Of a DNA stretch of 32,000 nt, positions 21,623 to 31,464 are shown piece by piece. Each line of letters begins with the position of its first letter. The stretch's first letter is position 1. The stretch lies in NCBI RefSeq assembly GCF_000144695.1, contig NC_014378.1, positions 376,781-408,780 on the forward strand, written 5' to 3'. The notes under the pieces were generated by a model. The model did not search any database and was not told the DNA's origin. It worked only from the letters and a program-made list of their open reading frames with translations. This stretch comes from Acetohalobium arabaticum DSM 5501 (GTDB lineage Bacteria > Bacillota > Halanaerobiia > Halobacteroidales > Acetohalobiaceae). The position numbers were made by a program, and so were the translations under genes.

Positions 21623-22315
21623 TTGAATCTGCTCAAAAAGTTATATTATAAGATAAAATATACTAGAGTATTTGCTCTGTTGTATAAGGGAATTTGGCAA
21701 GAGAATGATCTTTTGATAGCTTCTTTAGGCATCTGTTCTGCCCTGGCTGTAACTAATCGAGTAGCAAATGGAATTGCTATGGGGCTTGCAGTTACTTTCG
21801 TTATACTAGCTTCTTCAGTATTAACTGCAACTATTAGAGATTATATTCCAAAACGGGTAAGAATAGTTACCTATGTAATCTTTATTTCTACTTTTGTAGT
21901 TATAGTAGACCAATTTCTTAAAGCATTCTTTCCAGCAATTAGTCGAGCATTAGGTGCCTATGTAGGTTTAATTATAACTAACTGTTTAATTATGGGTCGA
22001 GCTGAGTCATTTGCTTCTAATAATCCAGTTGATTCTTCCATTGTAGATGCTTTTGCTCATGGTATGGGTTATACTATTGTCTTAATTATAGTATCTGCAG
22101 TAAGAGAAGTTCTTGCCTTTGGAACTATATTACAGATACCAGTTGTTGGAGAAGCCTGGACTAACTGGGTAGTAATGGCCATGGCTCCTGGAGGCTTCTT
22201 TGTTTTAGCAGCATTGACCTGGGTTGTCCGGGAGATTCAGATTTATGAAGAGGAAGAGGAATCTCCAAATAGTCGAGCTGAGCTTGATGCTTCTGAGAAA
22301 GTGTTGTCAGTTTAA
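21623..22315 (+). CDS. nqrD: NADH:quinone oxidoreductase subunit D (NqrD/RnfE family)
   Basis: Polytopic membrane protein with LGICSALAVT and ITNCLIMGRAE motifs typical of NqrD/RnfE. TTG start after RBS GGAGGTGA. Confidence 0.8.
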   Translation: MNLLKKLYYKIKYTRVFALLYKGIWQENDLLIASLGICSALAVTNRVANGIAMGLAVTFVILASSVLTATIRDYIPKRVRIVTYVIFISTFVVIVDQFLKAFFPAISRALGAYVGLIITNCLIMGRAESFASNNPVDSSIVDAFAHGMGYTIVLIIVSAVREVLAFGTILQIPVVGEAWTNWVVMAMAPGGFFVLAALTWVVREIQIYEEEEESPNSRAELDASEKVLSV

Positions 22316-22368
22316 GAATGAATAGTTTGTGCTAAACAAATTAATAAAATATATGGAGGAGAAGTAAA

Positions 22369-22953
22369 ATGCCTGAGTCTCTAAGTATTTTTATAGCAGC
22401 TATAACATCCCATAATCTAGCTTTGACTTACATTTTAGGGATGTGTCCGATGTTAGGGGTGTCAAAGAATCTTGATACGGCTGTTGGTATGGGAATATCA
22501 GTAGCTTTTGTAGTAGTGGTAACTTCTATGGTTAATTGGGGTATATATAATTTAATTTTAGTACCAACTGGAACTGAGATTTTAAATTATGTTGTCTTTA
22601 TTGTGGTTATAGGAGCAAGTGTACAGCTTTTAGAGATGATTTTAGAGAAATTTCTTCCTGCTTTATATAGAGCATTTGGAATCTTTTTACCGCTTATTAC
22701 GGTAAACTGTGTTGTACTTTCCATTTCACTCTTTATGACATTACGTAATTATGATTTTATAACTACACTTGTTTTTGCACTTGGTTCAGCAATCGGTTGG
22801 TTAATAGCAATTGCGATTGTTGCTGCCATAAGAGAGAAGCTTAAATTGACGGGAGATGTACCAAGAGGTCTGCAAGGACCAGGTATCGTTATGATAATAC
22901 TTGGCATAGTAGCCCTTGCATTTATGGGCTTCGGAGGGATGGTGAGTGTCTAA
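22369..22953 (+). CDS. nqrE: NADH:quinone oxidoreductase subunit E (NqrE/RnfA family)
   Basis: Polytopic membrane protein with LGMCPMLGVS and ITVNCVVL motifs typical of NqrE/RnfA. Confidence 0.8.
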   Translation: MPESLSIFIAAITSHNLALTYILGMCPMLGVSKNLDTAVGMGISVAFVVVVTSMVNWGIYNLILVPTGTEILNYVVFIVVIGASVQLLEMILEKFLPALYRAFGIFLPLITVNCVVLSISLFMTLRNYDFITTLVFALGSAIGWLIAIAIVAAIREKLKLTGDVPRGLQGPGIVMIILGIVALAFMGFGGMVSV

Positions 22954-24045
22954 ATGAATATTCAACCAATCTATATATTAGCTTCAATTTTCTTTGGGGT
23001 TGCTTTCGTGTTGGCGATTGCTGATTTCTTATTGACCAGTAATGAGCAGCAGGTAATTAACATTAATGATGAAGAGTATATTCCGGCTGGAGATGGAACA
23101 TTGTTGGAAGTTTTAGGTGAAAATGGCATCTTCATTCCTGCAGGTTGTGGTGGAAAAGCAAGCTGCGGTCAATGTAAGGTTACAGTAAAAGAAGGCGGCG
23201 GTGATATACTACCTACAGAAGAACCTTTCCTCGACGAAGAAGAAAGAGAAGAAGGAGTCAGGCTTGCCTGTCAGGTAAAAGTCAATGAAGATATGAAACT
23301 TGAGCTTGATGAATCATTACTGGATATAGAAGAATATACTGCTCGAGTAGCTGAGGTGAGGAGTGTAACTCCTACAGTTAAACATGTTAGATTAGAAATG
23401 ATAGAACCAACAGATATTGAGTTTGAAGCTGGGCAGTATGCACAGATTATGATACCTGGTTTTGAAGAATATCGGGCTTACTCTATAGCTTCACCGCCGA
23501 GTATGGCCAGAGAAGAGAATGCTTTACAGTTTACAATTAAATTGGTACCCGGCGGTCTCTGTACTAGCTGGGTTCACTTTGCTATGGAAGAAGGTGATAT
23601 CGTTAAGTTCACTGGCCCCTTCGGTCACTTCTATCTCGATGAAGAATCTGATAGAGAGATTATTCTGATCGGTGGAGGAGCCGGTATGGCACCTATGAGA
23701 GGAATTCTTGAGCGGCTAGATGAATTGGGGATGCCCCGGCCGACAAGATATTACTTTGGTGCCAGAAACTCAGATGAGCTTTACTATGGAGACAGATTCG
23801 CAGAACTTGAAGAGAAGTATGATAACTTTGAGTATATACCTGCACTGTCTGACCCTACTCCGGAAGACAAAAAGAATTGGGATGGTCCTACTGGATTTGT
23901 TACTGATGTACTGGATGAGAGAGAAGGATCACTGGAGAATGCAGAATCCTATCTCTGTGGACCACCGCCTATGCTTGATGCAGCTGAACGCATCTTAGTT
24001 GATCATGGAATGCCGGAAGAAAAGGTAATGTTTGATAAATTCTAA
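22954..24045 (+). CDS. nqrF: NADH:quinone oxidoreductase subunit F (2Fe-2S ferredoxin, FAD and NADH binding)
   Basis: N-terminal TM helix, plant-type ferredoxin Cys pattern (CGGKASCGQCKV...LACQ), FAD motif RAYSIAS and NAD-binding IGGGAGMAP. Its presence identifies the operon as Nqr rather than Rnf. Confidence 0.85.
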   Translation: MNIQPIYILASIFFGVAFVLAIADFLLTSNEQQVININDEEYIPAGDGTLLEVLGENGIFIPAGCGGKASCGQCKVTVKEGGGDILPTEEPFLDEEEREEGVRLACQVKVNEDMKLELDESLLDIEEYTARVAEVRSVTPTVKHVRLEMIEPTDIEFEAGQYAQIMIPGFEEYRAYSIASPPSMAREENALQFTIKLVPGGLCTSWVHFAMEEGDIVKFTGPFGHFYLDEESDREIILIGGGAGMAPMRGILERLDELGMPRPTRYYFGARNSDELYYGDRFAELEEKYDNFEYIPALSDPTPEDKKNWDGPTGFVTDVLDEREGSLENAESYLCGPPPMLDAAERILVDHGMPEEKVMFDKF

Positions 24046-24061
24046 TAAGATAGTCTATTTT

Positions 24062-24102
24062 AGCCATTGTAAGTGTGTAATTGCACTTGCGATGGCTTTT
24101 TA
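24062..24102 (+). terminator. Rho-independent terminator of the nqr operon
   Basis: 14-bp stem AGCCATTGTAAGTG / CACTTGCGATGGCT (two G:U pairs) followed by TTTTT. Confidence 0.7.
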
Positions 24103-24190
24103 TATTTTATATATTTTGCAGGAAGAATTAAAAGAATTGGCTAATTATACAATAGGATAGGTTGTTTGCCTGATAAAAAGGGGGGAGAGT

Positions 24191-24511
24191 GTGAAAAAGA
24201 GATTATCTTTATTAGTGCTATTGTTAATTACTTTGATTATTATCAGCGGTTGTAATGGAAAAGGAAATTTGAAAGTAGTAGTATATGACCAACAACAGAA
24301 TCCAGTTAATGATGTCTATGTAGGAATATATAAATCTGATTTTAACCAGCGGCTTCGGTTTGCCTATACCCGCCGTGGAGAAGTAGAGTTTGCAGGTTTA
24401 GAAAGCGGAGTATATTACATTAGAATAATTAGTCCAGGCCAAAAGAAAGAAATGAAGCTTAGAATCAATAATCAAGAAGATAGATATCTTAAGGTTAATC
24501 TGAACAATTAA
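24191..24511 (+). CDS. Small lipoprotein of unknown function (beta-sandwich-like)
   Basis: Signal peptide with lipobox LIIISGC; short all-beta-looking mature part. No family is recognised with confidence. Confidence 0.5.
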   Translation: MKKRLSLLVLLLITLIIISGCNGKGNLKVVVYDQQQNPVNDVYVGIYKSDFNQRLRFAYTRRGEVEFAGLESGVYYIRIISPGQKKEMKLRINNQEDRYLKVNLNN

Positions 24512-24523
24512 AGGTGGTGGAAT

Positions 24524-25627
24524 ATGATAGGTTTAAGGAAAAAAAGAATAGTCATTCTACTATTGATTAGTTTTTTGGTTTTAGGCAGCATATCAGTTCA
24601 GGCAGTATCTGATTATGAGAAAAAAATATCACAGAAGTATTTAAAGCATTATTTAGATGAATATGGCAAAGCTGACCTGAACTCTGAAGAAAAAAAGAGA
24701 GTGGATGAAATTTTTAATAAACTAGCAGCAGAGGCTGACAAGGATGCTCCAGATTTGGAGTTTAAATACCATATAATTGATAATTCTGCAATAAATGCGG
24801 TTAATATTGGTGATGGATACATATTGATTTATAAAGGATTATTTGATTTGCTAGAAACTGATGAACAGTTAGCTGCTTTAATTGCTCATGAAATGGGCCA
24901 TGGAGTTAATAATGATATTCAGGAAAAGATAGAGATTAACCAAAAGATTCAGCTTGGAGCTGTAATATTTGACTTAGCTAAGGATGGTAAGCTAGACCAG
25001 GATGAAGTAAGTCCCGCAGCAGAGATAGCTGTTAATCTGTTAGTGAAAAAGTATAGTAGGAGTCAGGAAAAAGAGGCTGATATTTATTCTGCTCTTTTGC
25101 TAAAGAGAACTGATTATGATTCCCGGGGAGTAATTGGATTACTGAGGCTGCTTAAAAGGAAGTCCAATAGTGTTAACTTAGAATTATTAGAGCTGATGAA
25201 AAGCCATCCTAATTTGGATACTAGAATTGATTATGTAGCTGAGGCAATCAAAAAGCAGAAAGAAGCAGAGAAATTATATCATTCGCCAGTTTCTACATCC
25301 AGAGAATTAACAGCAGGGCTGTTTAGGGATAATCTTAACCAGGTATATTCCGCTTATGCTGAAAGAATACATGCTAATTTAACGAGAGAGCAATTTAAAG
25401 ATGAAGAACAGATAGAGAAAGTGAGAAAAGAGATTGCTAACTTGAAGGAGAAATATAATTTCAAATATACATTGGAATTGAGAAACCAAGTAGAGGGAAC
25501 AGCAAGAGTGGCTATTTCATTTTATAGAAATGAATTTACACAGCAGAATCAGTTAGTATCATTTGCAGTTGATTTAATTAAAGATAAATATGGCTGGAAA
25601 GTTTTAAGGGGACCGGTAGCTTATTAA
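24524..25627 (+). CDS. M48-family zinc metallopeptidase, secreted or membrane-anchored
   Basis: N-terminal signal/anchor, HExxH motif (AHEMGHG), and a downstream E...D (QEKEADIYS) as in peptidase M48. Confidence 0.75.
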   Translation: MIGLRKKRIVILLLISFLVLGSISVQAVSDYEKKISQKYLKHYLDEYGKADLNSEEKKRVDEIFNKLAAEADKDAPDLEFKYHIIDNSAINAVNIGDGYILIYKGLFDLLETDEQLAALIAHEMGHGVNNDIQEKIEINQKIQLGAVIFDLAKDGKLDQDEVSPAAEIAVNLLVKKYSRSQEKEADIYSALLLKRTDYDSRGVIGLLRLLKRKSNSVNLELLELMKSHPNLDTRIDYVAEAIKKQKEAEKLYHSPVSTSRELTAGLFRDNLNQVYSAYAERIHANLTREQFKDEEQIEKVRKEIANLKEKYNFKYTLELRNQVEGTARVAISFYRNEFTQQNQLVSFAVDLIKDKYGWKVLRGPVAY

Positions 25628-25638
25628 CGGATAATTAA

Positions 25639-25665
25639 AGCCCTGTAATGAAGAATTACAGGGCT
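25639..25665. terminator. Hairpin between the convergent M48 peptidase and proS genes (bidirectional terminator candidate)
   Basis: 11-bp perfect stem AGCCCTGTAAT / ATTACAGGGCT with a 5-nt loop. The flanking T/A tracts are weak. Confidence 0.55.
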
Positions 25666-25677
25666 AATTAGTGAGTT

Positions 25678-27387
25678 TTAATTCTGTTTTGCAAGTAGTT
25701 CTTTTATTTTAGGAACTGGATTATCGGCATTAATCTTTAGTTTTTCATCTGTTTGGCGTAATTTAATTTCGAGCTTATTGTCTTCAAGTGAATTCTTTCC
25801 GATAATAACCTGGATTGGACAGCCGATTAAGTCAGCATCATTGAATTTAACGCCGGCTCGTTCACTGCGGTCATCATATAAAGCTTCCAGTCCTGTTTGG
25901 TTTAGTGCTGTATAGAGGTCTTCACTGACTCTTTTTATTTCTTCATCATTTCCTAATTGCATTATATGGACTGAGTATGGAGCAATGGATTTAGGCCAGA
26001 TAATGCCGTAATCATCGTGATTCTGTTCAATAGCAGCAGCAACTGTTCGAGTTACGCCGATGCCATAACAGCCCATAAAAATTGACTGGCTTTTACCATT
26101 ATCATCAATATAGGTTGCTTTCATAGAATCGCTGTATTTAGTGCCTAGTTTAAAGACTTGTCCAACTTCGATTCCTCTAGTCATAGTCAGTTCAGCACCA
26201 CAGTCAATACAGGGTTCTCCTTCTTTGATTTCTCTTATATCAACTATTGCATCTACAGTAAAATCGCGTTCAGGATTGACATTGGTATAGTGATAGTCAG
26301 CTTCGTTGGCTCCGGTAACTCCATTAACTACAGCCATAGCTGATGGGTCAGCAATTACTCTGACTTCATCAGGAATATCAACAGGACCAGCAAATCCGGT
26401 TACAATTCCTGTATCATTAAAAAGTTCTTCTGCTGGAGCCATTTCTAAAGCGGCTGTTCCTAAGAAGTTTCTTAACTTAACTTCATTAAGCTGATAATCT
26501 CCTCTGACTAAAGCTAAAACATAGCCGTCTTGAGTCTGATAGATTAAGCTTTTAAGCAGCTTTTTAGTCGAACAGTTAAAGAATTCGGCTAAGTCTTCAA
26601 TAGTATCAGCACCAGGTGTTTCTACCTTTTCTAATTCTTGTGGTTTATCATCAGTAGTAGTGAATTCAATATCTGAATCGGCCAGTTCTAGATTAGCAGA
26701 ATAATCACATTCACTACAGAAGACTACTGTGTCTTCGCCGGAATCAGCCAGCACCATAAATTCATGGGAATCTGTACCGCCAATTGGTCCATTGTCAGCT
26801 ACAACGGTTCTAAAGTCCAGACCGCATCTATCAAAGATCTCTACATATGAATCATACATTTTCTCATAACTTTCGTCTAAAGATTCTTTATCAGGATTGA
26901 AGCTGTAAGCATCTTTCATAATGAATTCCCGACTGCGTAAGACTCCAAATCGAGGCCTGATTTCATCTCTGAATTTAGTCTGGATCTGATAAAGATTAAA
27001 AGGGAGATCTTTATAGGAGCGCACTTCGTCTTTAATTAAATCAGTTATCACTTCTTCGTGAGTGGGTCCCAAACAGAAGTCTCTTTTATGTCTGTCCTCA
27101 AGACGCATTAGTTCCGGACCGTAGTCAGCCCACCGATTGGATTCTTTCCATAATTCAGCTGGCTGTAAAGCAGGCAGTAGTACTTCCTGAGCTCCTGCTT
27201 TATTCATCTCTTCTCTTATAATATCTTCTACTTTTTGAATAACTTTATAACCTAAAGGCAGGTGAGAATAGATTCCTGAACCTAACTTTCTCATTAATCC
27301 TGCTCTAAGCATTAACTGATGGCTGACTACTTCAGCATCAGCTGGAGTTTCTTTTAATGTTGGTGAATACATCTGTGACATCTTCAT
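25678..27387 (-). CDS. proS: Prolyl-tRNA synthetase (bacterial type with INS editing domain)
   Basis: 569 aa with class II motifs (FRDEIRPRFGVLRSREF, GCYGIGVTR) and a central insertion domain, which is the typical bacterial ProRS architecture. Confidence 0.92.
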   Translation of the reverse strand: MKMSQMYSPTLKETPADAEVVSHQLMLRAGLMRKLGSGIYSHLPLGYKVIQKVEDIIREEMNKAGAQEVLLPALQPAELWKESNRWADYGPELMRLEDRHKRDFCLGPTHEEVITDLIKDEVRSYKDLPFNLYQIQTKFRDEIRPRFGVLRSREFIMKDAYSFNPDKESLDESYEKMYDSYVEIFDRCGLDFRTVVADNGPIGGTDSHEFMVLADSGEDTVVFCSECDYSANLELADSDIEFTTTDDKPQELEKVETPGADTIEDLAEFFNCSTKKLLKSLIYQTQDGYVLALVRGDYQLNEVKLRNFLGTAALEMAPAEELFNDTGIVTGFAGPVDIPDEVRVIADPSAMAVVNGVTGANEADYHYTNVNPERDFTVDAIVDIREIKEGEPCIDCGAELTMTRGIEVGQVFKLGTKYSDSMKATYIDDNGKSQSIFMGCYGIGVTRTVAAAIEQNHDDYGIIWPKSIAPYSVHIMQLGNDEEIKRVSEDLYTALNQTGLEALYDDRSERAGVKFNDADLIGCPIQVIIGKNSLEDNKLEIKLRQTDEKLKINADNPVPKIKELLAKQN

Positions 27388-27511
27388 TATATGTAGCCTC
27401 CTTTTTTATTTAAGAATTTATTGACAATTATTTTGAGACACTTGTAGATATTATAACAAATAGAATTAAAATTATCCATCGATTATAAAATTTTTGTTTA
27501 ATCCAGTTTAA

Positions 27512-28067
27512 TTGATATATTGTTGCACTTTCAAGATATTGCAGTGATAGTCAATATGTATCCGCCGCTTGTCGTTCGCTCAACATCCTGTTTCGCTCAC
27601 TCTCAAAAACTGGCCCTCCATCGTCCATGATTCCGGGCCAGTTTTAAGAGTCGCTCGGGACACATATTGACTATTGATAATAGATATATCACTATGGTTA
27701 TCATTAATTAGAGTTGCTATAGACGCATATTGACCATTTGCAGTATGATATTGTCATGGTATTACATTGCAATCACAGCCTGGGCTGTTTAGGAGAAAAA
27801 AGATCTGGAACAGAGAAACTTCCCAGGCTATAGTTACAGCACAAAAATTTCATTAATATGGTTTCACGTCACATCAGATTATTTTGCATAATTTTATTGT
27901 TGATATCTTGCAACAAGCGACTTTAAAGCAGCCCCATAAGAGAAAATAATTAACATATAAAGTAGGGATTCAAACTGTAGCTATAAGATTAATTTATTGC
28001 TAATTAATCAGGGCTGATTTTCGGAGCGTTTGCAAGATATCAACTCTAAACTGCAACAATATATCAA
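27512..28067 (-). repeat. Non-coding TIR-bounded repeat element, copy P (556 bp), in the divergent proS / ybgC-like spacer
   Basis: The termini are TTGATATATTGTTGCAC (27512-27528) and CTGCAACAATATATCAA (28051-28067), inverted repeats matching at 16/17. It is collinear with copy S when read on the minus strand and carries about 130 nt of extra internal sequence. Confidence 0.7.
27547..27674 (-). ncRNA. 128-nt structured core of the repeat element, copy P
   Basis: Read on the minus strand it has outer helix ATAGTCAATATGT/ACATATTGACTAT and inner helix AAAACTGGCCC/GGGCCAGTTTT. The architecture is the same as 3771-3898, with compensatory substitutions. Confidence 0.4.
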
Positions 28068-28090
28068 CATTGTTGTAGTTTAACAAGGAA

Positions 28091-28119
28091 TTGATGACTC
28101 AATATGGTAATGATATAAT
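28091..28119 (+). promoter_or_regulatory. Sigma-A promoter candidate for the thioesterase / mutM / ABC-F genes
   Basis: TTGATG (28091-28096), 17-nt spacer, TATAAT (28114-28119) with an upstream TG. Confidence 0.55.
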
Positions 28120-28151
28120 TAGGAAGCAATTAAAATTGGAGGATAATAAAA

Positions 28152-28577
28152 ATGTCAGAACACAGTCATCAGATTAGAGTCACCTATCAAGAAACAGATA
28201 AAATGGGGGTTGTTTACTACGCTAATTATCTTCGGTGGTTTGAAATCGGGAGAACAGAGTATATGCGTCAGGCGGGAGTGACATATAAAGAATTAGAAGA
28301 TGAGGGAGTATTTCTGCCAGTGTTAGAGTCACACTGTAAGTATCATAATCCGGCTCGCTACGATGATTTGATCAGAATTGAGACTACAATCAATAAGTTA
28401 AAGCGAGTCAGGATTGGTTTTTCGTATGAGATTCTGCACTCAGAAAGTGATGAATTATTAGCCGCAGGTAATACTAGCCATTCCTTTGTAAACCAGGACT
28501 TTGAACCAATATCTTTACAGAGAGAAAAACCGGAGGTATGGCAGTTAATTCAGAGAAGTTTTGATAAGAAAAAGTAA
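28152..28577 (+). CDS. Acyl-CoA thioesterase, YbgC/4HBT (hotdog fold) family
   Basis: VTYQETDKMGVVYYANYLRWFEIGRTEYMRQAG is the typical YbgC-family N-terminal catalytic Asp region. About 140 aa. Confidence 0.8.
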   Translation: MSEHSHQIRVTYQETDKMGVVYYANYLRWFEIGRTEYMRQAGVTYKELEDEGVFLPVLESHCKYHNPARYDDLIRIETTINKLKRVRIGFSYEILHSESDELLAAGNTSHSFVNQDFEPISLQREKPEVWQLIQRSFDKKK

Positions 28578-28617
28578 GCTATGGTATAATAGTTGTAAAA
28601 GTGATGGAGGTTAGAGA

Positions 28618-29445
28618 ATGCCCGAATTACCTGAAGTACAGACAGTAGTTGATACACTTACAGAATCAGTTTTAAAGAAAGAGATTACTGATGTAGAAGT
28701 GAAGAATGAAAAATTAATAGCCAATCTAGAGGTAGAAGAGTTTATAGATACCTTAACTGGCAGCAGAATAGAAGATATAAGAAGGCGCGGTAAGTATATA
28801 ATTATGGAGTTGGATACAGATTATTATTTAGTTACTCATCTAAGAATGACAGGACGTTTTGTTTACTGTCAGAAGAAGGAGGAAGTTGATAAATATGACT
28901 ATATCTTCTTTAAATTTAAAGGGAATGATGAACTGCGGTTAGGAAGTAAACGGAAGTTTACCCGTACTTATTTAGTAGCTGATCTTAAGGAGGCGGGTAG
29001 CTTGACTAAATTAGGTCCCGAACCTCTATCTGATGAATTTACGCTGGATAAGTTTAAAGAAATACTATCCACGCGCCGGGGTAGAATTAAGCCTTTATTG
29101 TTGAACCAGAAATTTCTGGCTGGATTAGGAAATATTTATGTTGATGAAGCTTTATTTATCTCTCAGATACATCCATTACGTACAGCCGATACTCTAACAG
29201 ACCAGGAGATTAAGAAGTTATACCAGGCAATTCAGCAAGTGCTAGCAGAAGGCATTGAACACCGAGGAACAACAAAATGGGATTATGTTGATGCCAGCGG
29301 TGAGGCCGGAAGTTATCAGAATTATTTACGGGTTTATGATCGCAAGGGAGAAGAATGTAATAGGTGTGCAGCAATTTTAAAGAAGATTAAAGTAGGGGGC
29401 CGAGGTACCTATTTTTGTCCCCAATGCCAAGAGCAGGAGGAATAA
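28618..29445 (+). CDS. mutM: Formamidopyrimidine-DNA glycosylase
   Basis: N-terminal MPELPEV, an H2TH region, and a C-terminal zinc finger CNRC...CPQC. Confidence 0.9.
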   Translation: MPELPEVQTVVDTLTESVLKKEITDVEVKNEKLIANLEVEEFIDTLTGSRIEDIRRRGKYIIMELDTDYYLVTHLRMTGRFVYCQKKEEVDKYDYIFFKFKGNDELRLGSKRKFTRTYLVADLKEAGSLTKLGPEPLSDEFTLDKFKEILSTRRGRIKPLLLNQKFLAGLGNIYVDEALFISQIHPLRTADTLTDQEIKKLYQAIQQVLAEGIEHRGTTKWDYVDASGEAGSYQNYLRVYDRKGEECNRCAAILKKIKVGGRGTYFCPQCQEQEE

Positions 29446-29447
29446 TA

Positions 29448-31322
29448 GTGGCGCTTTTACAGCTACAGAACGCAACAAAGATATATCCAGAACAGATTAT
29501 CTTTAAGGATATTTCGCTACAGATTCAGCCTGATGACCGTATCGGTTTGATTGGAGATAACGGCACAGGTAAATCAACATTAATTGAAGTTTTAAGAGAA
29601 GAAGAATACCTTGATGAAGGTGAACTTCTGACAAGTAATGATTTGGATATCGGTTATTTGGCTCAAAGTTATAATCTTAATCCGGATACTACGCTTTATC
29701 AGGAAATGTTAAATATTTACCAGGGGTTATTCCAGCTTGAAGAAAAATTACAAAATTTAGAAGCTGAGATGAGTCAGGTGAGCGGTAAGAAATTAGATAA
29801 AATAATGGAGCGCTATAGTAAGCTCCGCCGGGAATATGAAGCCAGCGGCGGTTATCGGTATGAAAGTGAGATTAAAGGGGTTTTACGTGGATTAGGTTTT
29901 ACTGAAGATGAATTTGATGAAGAGTTAACTAATTTTAGCGGTGGTGAGAAGACAAGGGCCGGTTTAGCTAAATTACTCTTGTCGCAACCCCAATTATTAC
30001 TTTTAGATGAGCCGACGAATCATTTAGATCTTCAGGCTAAAGAATGGCTGGAGGATTACTTAATTGATTATGATGGAGCAGTAGTAATTATTTCTCATGA
30101 CCGCTACTTTTTAAACCAGGTAGTTGACTGCATCTGGGAGTTAGAGAAGGGTAGATTAGAAAAATATAACGGTGATTACTCCTTTTATGCAGAAGAGAAG
30201 GAACACCGTTTGTTGACCTGGCAGCGGGAGTATGAAAAGCAGCAGAAGAAGATTAAGAAGATGAAGGCCTATATTCGTAAGAATAAAGCCGGTGTTGATT
30301 CAAAGCAAGCACGCGGACGCCAGAAGAAACTGGATCGAATGGAGAGGATACCTCCGCCGCCAACGATTGATACACCCAAGATTGATTTTAGACTGGAGAC
30401 CGTCAGTGGAAATGATGTTCTGACAGTTGAGGGGCTAAGTAAGTCTTATGACCAGGAATTGGTATTAGAAGATATAGATTTTAAGTTATATCGCGGAGAG
30501 AAGGTTGCTTTAGTCGGTCCAAACGGCAGCGGTAAATCAACGCTGTTTAAGTTACTATCTGAGCAAGAAGAGGTTGACAGAGGAGAGATTAAGTTAGGGA
30601 CTAGAGTCAATATCGGATATTATGATCAGGAGCATAAAGATTTAACTCTTGGTCATAACTTAATTGAGGAACTACAGGAGGCTGCAGATATTACTAAAAG
30701 TTCTGCCCGTGATGTCTTGGCCCGGTTTTTATTTAAAGGTGACGATGTATTTAAAGAGATATCTACTTTAAGCGGCGGAGAAAAGGCGCGGTTATCATTG
30801 GCTAAACTAGCAATCCAGGATTATAATTTATTATTATTAGATGAACCGACTAATCATTTGGATATTAAGTCGAAAGAGATTTTAGAAGAAGCATTACAGA
30901 ATTATCCTGGGACTATTTTAGTTATTTCCCATGACCGCTATTTTTTAGATGAATTAGTTGATAAGGTTTTTGCTCTTGAAGGTAATAAGTTAGTAGAGTA
31001 TAGAGGAAATTATACTGATTACCGCATTGAATATGAAGAACGACTGGCTGCCGAGAAAGAAGCTAAACAAAAAGCAGAAGTTAAAACAGGGGATAAGGGA
31101 CAAGAGAAGAATAATTCCCCAAGCCAGGAAAGCGAAATAGATCTTGATGAGTTGGAAGCAGAGATTATAGAGTTAGAAGATAGACTTGAAGAGTTAGAAA
31201 CTGCATTCAACAGCCAGAACCTATATAATGATGAAGAAGAGCTAGCTGATTTAACAACTGAATATGAAACAATAAAAGAAAAACTGGAAGAGTATTATGA
31301 GTTATGGGAAGAAGCTATTTAA
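29448..31322 (+). CDS. ABC-F family ATPase (two ABC domains, no TM domain, acidic coiled-coil tail)
   Basis: Two Walker A motifs (GDNGTGKST, GPNGSGKST), two LSGGE signatures, an inter-domain linker rich in K/R/Q, and a C-terminal coiled coil. GTG 29448 is preferred (RBS AGGAGGA). The track start is 29415. Confidence 0.85.
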   Translation: MALLQLQNATKIYPEQIIFKDISLQIQPDDRIGLIGDNGTGKSTLIEVLREEEYLDEGELLTSNDLDIGYLAQSYNLNPDTTLYQEMLNIYQGLFQLEEKLQNLEAEMSQVSGKKLDKIMERYSKLRREYEASGGYRYESEIKGVLRGLGFTEDEFDEELTNFSGGEKTRAGLAKLLLSQPQLLLLDEPTNHLDLQAKEWLEDYLIDYDGAVVIISHDRYFLNQVVDCIWELEKGRLEKYNGDYSFYAEEKEHRLLTWQREYEKQQKKIKKMKAYIRKNKAGVDSKQARGRQKKLDRMERIPPPPTIDTPKIDFRLETVSGNDVLTVEGLSKSYDQELVLEDIDFKLYRGEKVALVGPNGSGKSTLFKLLSEQEEVDRGEIKLGTRVNIGYYDQEHKDLTLGHNLIEELQEAADITKSSARDVLARFLFKGDDVFKEISTLSGGEKARLSLAKLAIQDYNLLLLDEPTNHLDIKSKEILEEALQNYPGTILVISHDRYFLDELVDKVFALEGNKLVEYRGNYTDYRIEYEERLAAEKEAKQKAEVKTGDKGQEKNNSPSQESEIDLDELEAEIIELEDRLEELETAFNSQNLYNDEEELADLTTEYETIKEKLEEYYELWEEAI

Positions 31323-31336
31323 CAAGTGAAGAATAA

Positions 31337-31372
31337 ACCAAGCCTGCCTTTAAAAGGGTAGGTTTTATTTTT
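31337..31372 (+). terminator. Rho-independent terminator after the ABC-F gene
   Basis: Imperfect stem CCTGCCTTT / AAAGGGTAGG followed by TTTTATTTTT. Confidence 0.55.
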
Positions 31373-31464
31373 GCTTAATGAATTTAAATAGCAGGATAAA
31401 GTAAGAATAATAGAGAAGATATCTACTATTAACATTCTTGATTAAGAAGAGGAGGAGAAACTGA

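Noticed and set aside
18440-24045. Calling the six-gene operon an Rnf complex
   Set aside because: The last gene is an NqrF-type 2Fe-2S/FAD/NADH reductase and there is no RnfB. Subunit B has the NqrB N-terminal extension, and subunit A lacks an NADH/FMN-binding domain. The Fe-S motifs in subunit A are reported as a finding instead.
27388-27511. T-box leader upstream of proS
   Set aside because: The sequence between the candidate promoter (-10 around 27450-27455 on the minus strand) and the start codon is only about 60 nt. It lacks the specifier-loop and T-box consensus. The conserved upstream structure is shared with selD and does not resemble a T-box.
3537-28067. The recurring TTGCAAGATATCAAC motif as a CRISPR array or spaced direct repeats
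   Set aside because: The occurrences are in inverted orientation, irregularly spaced, and embedded in longer homologous elements. No cas genes are present.
1651-31210. Antisense or overlapping track ORFs: 1651-1869, 4971-5210, 7532-7759, 13077-13424, 14148-14381, 14527-14712, 15023-15238, 17127-17357, 17164-17388, 19571-19807, 20162-20545, 23720-23998, 26158-26343, 26306-26494 and 31019-31210
   Set aside because: Nearly all are embedded in, or opposite to, well-supported longer genes; the exception, 4971-5210, lies mostly in the spacer downstream of selD, over its terminator and the solo repeat end. All have low-complexity or Ser/Leu/Ile-rich translations, and none has a recognisable motif or RBS. 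These are typical shadow ORFs of an AT-rich genome.
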